Assembly: GCA_902634185.1 (NCBI GenBank) | Contig: CACPJC010000003.1 | Coordinates: 64,001 to 128,000, forward strand | DNA from: an uncultured Candidatus Actinomarina sp. | GTDB lineage: Bacteria; Actinomycetota; Acidimicrobiia; Actinomarinales; Actinomarinaceae | DNA: 64,000 nucleotides | Reading direction: 5' to 3' | Shown: positions 12,201 to 17,983 of the stretch, in pieces | How positions within the stretch are numbered: the first letter of the stretch is position 1 | Layout of the letters: each line of letters opens with the position of its first letter | Translations under genes and position numbers: made by a program | The notes under the pieces: generated by a model | What the model was told of the DNA's origin: nothing | The model's input: the letters and a program-made list of their open reading frames with translations, nothing else | Database searches by the model: none

Positions 12201-15200
12201 TCAGAGATATAGCTGTAGGACAGTCAACAGTACTACTTGTTACTTCTGTACCTGAACCAGAAAATGTATTACTTGTTGAAGAAGTTAGATAGGTCCATGT
12301 AATAGTAGATCCATCAGGAACTGTTTGGGCAGCCAGTGTTGTAGAAGCACCTGCTGCAACTGATTGATTTGTGACTACTGTATTCCAGTTTCCACTATCG
12401 ATTTTGTATCGAACATAAAAATATGCTGTTGTATTTGCTGATCCAGAGTTAGATAAAGTTAAAGTTGAATTTTGAGATCCTCCAGAACAGCTACCATCAA
12501 GTGATTGGGATACAGAGGGGTCAATATATGGGCAATCAATTGTATCGCTATTTACTATAGTGGCGTCACCGCTAAAATAACCACTTGTAGTTGATGTCTG
12601 ATAATACCATTTAGCATAAGAGCCATCCGCAATCGGTAATGTGACGGTCACGGAGCTACCTGCAGCCACTGCTATATTGAAGTTACTATCTCCCGACGAT
12701 ACGGTCAAATTAGATGATGATAAACCTCCTGATCCATCAAGTTGGTACCTTATCTTTACGTAGACAGTTGAATTTGCTGATGCGGAGTTTGATAAAGTGA
12801 CCGTTACTGTTGCTGAACCAGCGGAACAACTACCGACTGATTGAGCAAAAGAGAAATCTGTATATACACAATCAACAGTTGCACTATTCATATCACTAGC
12901 TGTCACATAACTTAGTCCCGTCCAGCTCCCTGACGCGTTAGAGCTTTTGTATCTCCATTGGATAGCTGATCCATGAGGTACGCTTACTGTTAAAGAGGTG
13001 TTCGTTTGACCATTGGTAATTGTTAAATTGTCTGCTTCCTGTGCGTCTGTGTGTACAGTCCAAGTAGACCCGCCATCGGTTGAGTACTCAGCTGTGACAT
13101 ACGCTGTTGATCCAGAAGTATTTTGAAGAGAAAGTGTAGATGTAGCAGAACCAGCTGAGCAACTACCAAGTGATTGTGAATCTGTCAGAGTTACTGCAGT
13201 AACACAGTCCACCGTTAATGCCGTACCATCTGGAGAGGTATAGCTTCCAGAAGTTGGATCCGATGATGCATCAGCTCGAGCTCGCCAAGATACCTGATAC
13301 CCATGTGGTTGGGCGGATAATGAACGTGTAATCGATGCACCTTGAGCTAATTCAATTCCAGTTAAATTGTCAGTCCAATCAGATATATCACTGCCGTCTA
13401 AAGTGAGTTTGTACTGAAGGTCGACAAAAATTGAACCGTTAGCAGTGTTGGTGATTGTAGCTGAAGGAACAGCTGAACCAGCTGAGCATGAACCCATAGC
13501 ATCTGTAATTGTAAATGTTGCCGTTGCGCAGTTAACTGTTGAGCTATTCATGTCACTAGCTGTGATGTAACTTAGTCCTGTCCAATCACCTGATGTATCA
13601 GAGCTCTTGTACCTCCATTGAATTGATGAGCCGTGAGAAACACTGACCGTCAGCGAGGTATTCGTCTGACCATTAGTAATAGTTAAATTATCTGCTTCCT
13701 GTGCGTCAGTGTGAACAGTCCAACTAGAACCACCATTGGTTGAGTACTCAGCAGTAACATACGCGGTTGAACCTGAACTATTTTGTAGTGATAGTGTAGA
13801 GGTAGCAGAGCCTTCAGAACAACTACCAAGTGATTGTGAGTCAGTGAGGCTAACTGCTGTTGGATCAGGAGAACAACCGGAGGCATTAATCGTTATTGAA
13901 GAAAGAGCAGTCGTATTTGAAGTCGGTTCACGCAAATCATAAGTAGTGTTTTCTGCATACCAACTAATTACCACTGTAGCACCATTAGATTGACCTGGAA
14001 CATCTAGGGAGGTATTGCTCGATGATGACGAGACAGAAGTGCCTGATGTCAGAGATTGTGAGCTTCCACCATTAACTGTATATGTAACAACAAAGTTAGT
14101 AGTTACGTTAGAACTTAAGTTATTTAAGGTAACATCTATTTTACGATTTGACCCATCACAACTTCCCTGAGTAGCTGTAACAGTGGGGGCGAAATCAACA
14201 TTGGGTGCACCTTCGTGGCATGCAGCACCATCATTTTTATTTGCTCCAGATTGTACTGTGCCTAGACTTGAACTCCAGCTCCAACTACTTCCGTTATATT
14301 CAGCTTTTCGAACATCTCCAGTTGAATTATGCACAAAATAAGCATGTTCTCCACCAAATCCAAACGCAGCACCAACATCTGAATTGCTCCATGAATATGG
14401 TGAAGTTGGTGAGCTTAATGAGTGGTCAGTTATTTCTATTGTGAAAGAACTCCCAGATACAATTAAGTATCCAAGCATTACTTGATCATTTACATTGTCA
14501 TAAGCCACAAAATCTGCTTCGTGGTTTACACCTCCACTAGAGAATGTTGGAAAGTTTGAACCATCTCTCAACCAGGTAAAGTCTTTTGCTTTAGCTAAAT
14601 TACCTGCAACAGAGTTTGTGTTTACTGTAAGAGAGGAAGTTACATCTGTATAATTTGAAGAGTTAGTGTAATCTGTACCATCTATACGAATTAAGAGTGG
14701 TGATGAGCCCTTTAAGAACCCATTACCTGAAAGTAAATAACCAGTTCCGTTGTATTCAAAATAGGATGCAGCATTATTATCAGCAGAACTAAAACTGGCT
14801 ATTAACGATGGGTTGTTATCAGCAATATTATCGTTGTTAGCATCAGTTGCATCCATATAGTAAAGTGTCCTATTTTTACTCGAATCTTTCCGAATCATCC
14901 AGAGATTTCCAAGATTATCCATCATCGAGTTGTTCCACTCATTTGAATTTGATCCTGGAAGGTTTTGATACTCGAATGTTGCTCCTGATGGTGTGGCAGG
15001 ACTAGAACTCACAAGATTTCCTGAGTTACTGTCCCACCCGTATACTTCAACTTTGTCATCTGAAGAGTTGTATTTTGTTTGATAACCTAATGGATTTCCA
15101 TCTGAGTTAAAACATGAGAGCTGTGAAGATGCAAAAGCAGGTTCAGGATCAACTGTCTCAATGGTCACATATGCAAGAGAGACAATCATTAAAAATGACA

Positions 15201-15300
15201 TAACTAAATTGAAAGTTTTCTTATTAAAGACGAACGAAAACAGCTTTTTACACAAAAGCACAACAAAGTCGAAGGCGTTTAATATTTTTATATTCCCCAC
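6289..15300 (-). CDS. Giant (3003 aa) repetitive surface protein with internal LAATG sorting signal, fused to a C-terminal class E-like sortase
   Basis: Signal peptide ending PAFA; N-terminal domain ending NDGAAC; about 19 Cys-paired ~100-115 aa repeats; 29-Thr tract; LAATG-TM-RKRK; second TM; sortase motifs GPGHY, IAGHRTTYGAPF and LTLTTCHPRYSARQRL. Confidence 0.88.
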   Translation of the reverse strand: MGNIKILNAFDFVVLLCKKLFSFVFNKKTFNLVMSFLMIVSLAYVTIETVDPEPAFASSQLSCFNSDGNPLGYQTKYNSSDDKVEVYGWDSNSGNLVSSSPATPSGATFEYQNLPGSNSNEWNNSMMDNLGNLWMIRKDSSKNRTLYYMDATDANNDNIADNNPSLIASFSSADNNAASYFEYNGTGYLLSGNGFLKGSSPLLIRIDGTDYTNSSNYTDVTSSLTVNTNSVAGNLAKAKDFTWLRDGSNFPTFSSGGVNHEADFVAYDNVNDQVMLGYLIVSGSSFTIEITDHSLSSPTSPYSWSNSDVGAAFGFGGEHAYFVHNSTGDVRKAEYNGSSWSWSSSLGTVQSGANKNDGAACHEGAPNVDFAPTVTATQGSCDGSNRKIDVTLNNLSSNVTTNFVVTYTVNGGSSQSLTSGTSVSSSSSNTSLDVPGQSNGATVVISWYAENTTYDLREPTSNTTALSSITINASGCSPDPTAVSLTDSQSLGSCSEGSATSTLSLQNSSGSTAYVTAEYSTNGGSSWTVHTDAQEADNLTITNGQTNTSLTVSVSHGSSIQWRYKSSDTSGDWTGLSYITASDMNSSTVNCATATFTITDAMGSCSAGSAVPSATITNTANGSIFVDLQYKLTLDGSDISDWTDNLTGIELAQGASITRSLSAQPHGYQVSWRARADASSDPTSGSYTSPDGTALTVDCVTAVTLTDSQSLGSCSAGSATSTLSLQNTSGSTAYVTAEYSTDGGSTWTVHTDAQEADNLTITNGQTNTSLTVSVPHGSAIQWRYKSSNASGSWTGLSYVTASDMNSATVDCVYTDFSFAQSVGSCSAGSATVTVTLSNSASANSTVYVKIRYQLDGSGGLSSSNLTVSSGDSNFNIAVAAGSSVTVTLPIADGSYAKWYYQTSTTSGYFSGDATIVNSDTIDCPYIDPSVSQSLDGSCSGGSQNSTLTLSNSGSANTTAYFYVRYKIDSGNWNTVVTNQSVAAGASTTLAAQTVPDGSTITWTYLTSSTSNTFSGSGTEVTSSTVDCPTAISLTDSQSLGGCSAGSDTSTLSLQNSSGSTAYVTAEYSLDGGSSWTVHTDAQEGDNLSISDGQTNTSLTVSVPDGSAIQWRYKSSDTSGNWTGLSYITADDMNSATVDCPQAVTVSSSQDLGSCSGSGTATSTLTVTNTSGSTAYVKVEYSTDGGSTYTEKNASATILTGTGSLFSENVSHGSAITWRVTSSDTSASFTGLTPTTVASGTVDCPVIDVSASQALGSCSAGAATSTLTLSNSNSANTTAYFLVEYSVDGGSTWTEKASNQSVAKNASETLTQSVSHDAAIQWRYKSSTTSGSFSGSYVTSSDMNSATVDCPIIDVSASQSLGSCSSGAKTSTLTINNSDSANAVAYVLVEYSLDGGSNWTEKAANQTVNNNGSATLTQSVPHNSAIQWRYKTSTTSGSYSGSYVTSSDLNSATVDCPVIDVSVSATLGTCSSGSATSSFAITNSSSATTTAYVKVEYKIDSGAWQVKEANQSVGVDSTETLTHSVPVGSNITWRYEESTTSATFTGTPTATGSASSDVSCNITTSGSQSLSASCSGASKTSTLAISNSGSSQATAYFLIEYSIDGGSNWVEKEASKSVTVGGSDTVTQTVNNGTAIQWRYKTSTVSGSFSGDYVTGASLNSATVSCTTPAVSATHGTCSGGGAPINVLLDNTGQGSGNYFKVQYSTDNSTWTDGIGGSHVLVGADSTSTVSLSGSSFTNDTTVYIRYQTSSSTDFSSASTTNLSSIEIDCPILNATATATAASCSSGSAAIPITLINTNSTAAGTFTVSYSTDGGSNFTVLTATTVGAGATDSSSLSVPALSHDTSVIIKYSVANSSEGLSQSEVTLSTITIDCPVIAPAVSHETNGCKNNGTSQGGTMGKIKITVDNSGSNVAITFLVQKRATNAVTGNVGDWAYFGGSVTGEDSGKSINAGATQEFAVNTAIANGTGREHRYSTDGGSTWTEIGSKLTISCASVSTSLGSCSDSQTQTPSITLSSGSDSTVSVFYRVEYSTDGGSNWTQLKDDEEVPATSSETYSAPALANGESIQWRYSSRKSGGAHDSSTWVTEDTDIPGVDPTLSYTASCVVTTTTTTTTTTTTTTTTTTTTTTTTTTTTTLPEITTTTVEIPRVDFRIANFMECNDDGTARIGLIVDNSRSTVGITIRMRIRINKAKVVDQTFSIAAGETRDLTTLLSVPNGSTYKLRFIIKDELSGRKTKGGTKKVLDCIDDPSPTTTTTLPGPPTINPSVSNTRNACSGGAKLTHFHMANSDSSNANAYFLAQYSLDGGESWSTLVSNQSVAPGSSEMASVNVPSGQNVRWRYKTSTTPNSFSGGWKRWGPDFTVDCPTTTTTLPGPPIINPSVSNTREECSGGAKLIHFNMANSDSSNANAYFLAEYSLDGGKNWSTLVSNRSVPPGSSERGSVNVPSGQNVRWRYKTSTTSNSFSGGWKRWGPSFTVDCPTTTTTDPTITTTTDPTITTTTDPTDPDPGPIDPRDPDPINPTDPAPEEFCNPTNLQELLECIVDPTDPDPTDPLVDDFCEDMILEEDDICEAPLTDETGNDFLEWDDDDDIYFTDGSYNVTYIYREDSIALAATGINLDYIVISGSVFLVGGVILFTSYRKRKLMESEISLEDIYKHAFKLKTKIEKLIQEKVEISIDINKFAPYAKSFTTYQSEIQALDSELQYTLVAIENIKSICEEENTELTKEILEERLGLISNNFQIIYSGNELDAKIAEKKVFSRKKDTKKINRKFFDRKKLKRPALGFAVLSIITGMGFGIYATQQMFLSNVQQDNAQAYLEQIYLGEEIKDVDPPTIFSNPLRLFQSDIPVFETLQDFTIIDQSAKIDEFQPEIFGLLEIPGINVNQYVVSGTDELNLQFGPGHYLGTKLPGSGGNVGIAGHRTTYGAPFSRLDLVEIGDEIYLTYGSNKYHYIVDDIEVVDANTGDYVLFNRGDDRLTLTTCHPRYSARQRLVVSGILTRIESGN
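6292..6690 (-). other. Sortase catalytic domain (His-Cys-Arg triad intact) within the giant ORF
   Basis: LEIPGIN...VVSG...GPGHYLGT...GNVGIAGHRTTYGAPF...TLTTCHP...RQRLVV. Confidence 0.93.
7375..7473 (-). other. Cell-wall sorting signal LAATG + hydrophobic helix + RKRK, internal to the giant ORF
   Basis: LAATG at 7459-7473 (residues 2610-2614), then INLDYIVISGSVFLVGGVILFTSY, then RKRK. Confidence 0.82.
7793..7862. repeat. 24-bp tandem repeat (~3 copies) encoding ITTTTDPT
   Basis: gtaggatcagttgttgtagttatt repeated. Confidence 0.85.
7858..8541. repeat. Recent 342-bp tandem duplication (two near-identical 114-aa modules)
   Basis: caatcaactgtaaag at 7868 and 8210 (period 342 bp); both copies encode INPSVSNTR..CSGGAKL.HF...WKRWGP.FTVDC. 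Confidence 0.9.
8896..8982. repeat. ACN trinucleotide tract encoding 29 consecutive Thr
   Basis: 87 nt of agt/tgt/cgt/ggt triplets on the + strand. Confidence 0.92.
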
Positions 15301-15316
15301 TTCTACAACAAATTTA

Positions 15317-15344
15317 ATTTTACCTTAGAAAAGTTTCTAATCAA
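15317..15344 (-). promoter_or_regulatory. Putative sigma70-type promoter of the giant-gene operon with a palindromic operator overlapping the spacer
   Basis: Minus strand TTGATT (15344-15339), 16 bp, TAAAAT (15322-15317). Perfect inverted repeat TTAGAAA-AG-TTTCTAA at 15325-15340. Confidence 0.55.
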
Positions 15345-15354
15345 ACAAATTTTT

Positions 15355-16683
15355 TCAGGAAAACCTTGCTTTTATAGATTCAATGATTTGATCTTTTTGA
15401 GGCTCTAGAGTCTCAAAATCCTCATCCTGATCAATCTCAGAACCAGGAAAATCTTTAATAAGTGGAGATATCACATTGCTGAACTTTTCAGGTGATGCAG
15501 TAGCTACAGCGACTGTTGGAACACTTGAGTTTATATCTATAGCCATTCTTAAAGAGGTGACTGTATGAGGATCAAAAACAATATTAAAAAGATCATTGAA
15601 TGTTTTTATTTCCTCTTTTATCTTTTCATCATCAAAGGTCTGTGAGCTAAATATATGTTGTAATTTATCTCTGCTACCTTCACTTAACATTCCTTTTTTA
15701 TTTTCATTAAGATCTTGATAGAAAGATGATGCATCTGATTCAAAGTCATATATTAATCTCTCTAAACTAGATGGGATCTGAATATCCATACTTGGGGCAA
15801 CACTGGGTTTTGTTGTTTGTGGTTCTAGGATTCCAGAATCAATAAAACGCTTCAAGACATCATTAACATTTGTTGTACACATGATCTGATTTATTTTCAG
15901 TCCATGTGATCTACCAAACCATGCTGAGTAAGCATTACCAAAATTTCCAGACGGTATTGCAACATTTATTGGTGAAGTAAACTGTTTGGTCAACCAGACA
16001 TAATAAGTGACCTGTCCCATAACTCGAAGCCAGTTGATTGAGTTCAAAGAGATAATTCTTCTCTCAAATGGATTGTCAGATAATATCTCTTTTGCAATTC
16101 TTTGACAGTCATCATATGACCCTTCAACTGCAATATTGAAAACATTATCTTTGATAACACTTGTCATTTGTTTTCTTTGATATTCACTAATTTTGTTTGC
16201 GGGATGAAGAACGACAATATCAATATTGTCTGAATCTTTTACAGCTTGGATAGCAGCACTCCCTGTATCACCGCTGGTTGCTACAAGAACGAGCCCTCTC
16301 TCTCCTAATTCACTCAGTCTTTTACCAGCAATTGCTCCTAGAGGTTGTAGAGCATAATCTTTAAATGATTTTGTAGGTCCATGAAAAAGCTCCATGACGA
16401 CGGTTGTATCATTTAAATCTTTAAGTACTGGTTCTGGAGAGTTTTCAAATCCAGAATATAGTGATAAGCCATCAACATATTTAGCTGAGTTTTTATCTAG
16501 TGCAATAAAGATTGTTTTTACAAAATCCTCATAACTTAAGTCCTCTTCAGTTAAATGATTAAGGTTATCAATTGTTAATGAATCAGGTAAATAAAGGCCT
16601 TTATCAGGTGCTAGCCCTGAAAGAATGACATCTTCAAAAGAGATGGTCTCTTTATGTCCCCTGGTTGATTGATACTGTACCAC
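15355..16683 (-). CDS. thrC: Threonine synthase (long form)
   Basis: YQSTRG N terminus, ELFHGPTKSFKD, ATSGDTGSAA, NSINWLR, PSGNFGN. Confidence 0.97.
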   Translation of the reverse strand: MVQYQSTRGHKETISFEDVILSGLAPDKGLYLPDSLTIDNLNHLTEEDLSYEDFVKTIFIALDKNSAKYVDGLSLYSGFENSPEPVLKDLNDTTVVMELFHGPTKSFKDYALQPLGAIAGKRLSELGERGLVLVATSGDTGSAAIQAVKDSDNIDIVVLHPANKISEYQRKQMTSVIKDNVFNIAVEGSYDDCQRIAKEILSDNPFERRIISLNSINWLRVMGQVTYYVWLTKQFTSPINVAIPSGNFGNAYSAWFGRSHGLKINQIMCTTNVNDVLKRFIDSGILEPQTTKPSVAPSMDIQIPSSLERLIYDFESDASSFYQDLNENKKGMLSEGSRDKLQHIFSSQTFDDEKIKEEIKTFNDLFNIVFDPHTVTSLRMAIDINSSVPTVAVATASPEKFSNVISPLIKDFPGSEIDQDEDFETLEPQKDQIIESIKARFS

Positions 16684-17940
16684 TTAGACGTAGACGCGAA
16701 GTGTTGAGGTCACTGTTGTGACGGAATCTAGTGCTGATATTTGATCAATAGAATTCTTGATATCTTTCTCTGGTGCCTCGTGGGTAACTAAAACAAGTTC
16801 TGCTTTATCTCCCCTGCCTTCTTGGATAACACTCTCAATACTTACGTTATTTTCACCAAAAGTTCCAGAGATTTTTGCCAAAACACCAGGTTCATCATTG
16901 ACGGAAAGCCTTATAAACATGCTTGATACCACATCCTCAAAACTTTTCATTTCGCCTTTAAATTCTCTTAGTGGATACCAGTTTGTTTGATCACTGCTTA
17001 GTTGATGGCAAGCACTTAACACGTCTCCAATAATTGCACTTGCTGTTGGTTCAGCACCTGCGCCTGGTCCTGAAAACACCAACTGATTTATATTATCTCC
17101 TTCAACGACAACAGCATTTAAAGCTCCTCTTATTGCAGCAAGAGGATGTTTCGTATCAATTAAGACAGGATGAACCCTTGCATTAAAGCCATTCTTATTT
17201 TCAATCTGTGCAACTAATTTAATTGTCTTTCCGAGCCTTGCTGCCCATTCAAAATCTTCTTTTGTAATGCCAGAAATTCCATCGGTAAAGAGTTCGTCTG
17301 CACTTGGTGATACTCCAAAACAAAGAAGCGATAAAATTACTGCTTTGTATTTTGCATCTATTCCTTCAACATCATTTGTTGGATCAGGTTCTGCATATCC
17401 TAGTTCCTGTGCAGTCGATAGTGCATCTTCGTAGGAACTTCCCTCTTCCATAGCAGTCAGCATATAGTTGGTTGTTCCGTTTATGATCCCGAGTACCTTT
17501 GACAACTCTTCGCCTCTAAGACTTTCTATGAGTGGTTTAAGTACAGGTATACCTGCAGCGACTGCTGCCTCAAAATATAAACAAGCATTATTTTCTTTTG
17601 CAGTATTAATTAGATCAGATCCAGAATCGGCAATGATATCTTTATTTGCTGTTATTACTGCTTTACCATTTTGCAAGATTGCCTTTATGTACTCTTTACC
17701 GGGATCAATACCTCCAAGAACTTCTATAACAAGATCAATTGAATCATCATTTAAAATGTCATCAAAATTGTCAGTGAGAATATCGTCTGGTATTTCTCTT
17801 TTTTTACTTTTATCTTTTACTAAAACTCTTTTTACATTTAATCCAACTATTCCTTTATCTAAGTTCATGAGGCGTGAGATAACAGCTGAACCAATATTGC
17901 CAGCACCCATAACAGCTACATTAAATGTTTTATTTTCCAT
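16684..17940 (-). CDS. hom: Homoserine dehydrogenase with C-terminal ACT domain
   Basis: GAGNIG, VITANK, FEAAVAAGIP, GIINGTTNY, GYAEPDPTNDVEG, GPGAG..PTASA; ACT motif DEPGVLAKI. Confidence 0.97.
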   Translation of the reverse strand: MENKTFNVAVMGAGNIGSAVISRLMNLDKGIVGLNVKRVLVKDKSKKREIPDDILTDNFDDILNDDSIDLVIEVLGGIDPGKEYIKAILQNGKAVITANKDIIADSGSDLINTAKENNACLYFEAAVAAGIPVLKPLIESLRGEELSKVLGIINGTTNYMLTAMEEGSSYEDALSTAQELGYAEPDPTNDVEGIDAKYKAVILSLLCFGVSPSADELFTDGISGITKEDFEWAARLGKTIKLVAQIENKNGFNARVHPVLIDTKHPLAAIRGALNAVVVEGDNINQLVFSGPGAGAEPTASAIIGDVLSACHQLSSDQTNWYPLREFKGEMKSFEDVVSSMFIRLSVNDEPGVLAKISGTFGENNVSIESVIQEGRGDKAELVLVTHEAPEKDIKNSIDQISALDSVTTVTSTLRVYV

Positions 17941-17983
17941 ATTTAGTAAGGATAAATGTTATTCAGATTGAAACAACAGTTTT

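Noticed and set aside
7900-14100. Repeated SxDGGxxW Asp-boxes suggesting a sialidase
   Set aside because: One box per ~110-aa Cys-bounded module rather than per propeller blade, and no sialidase catalytic motifs recognised.
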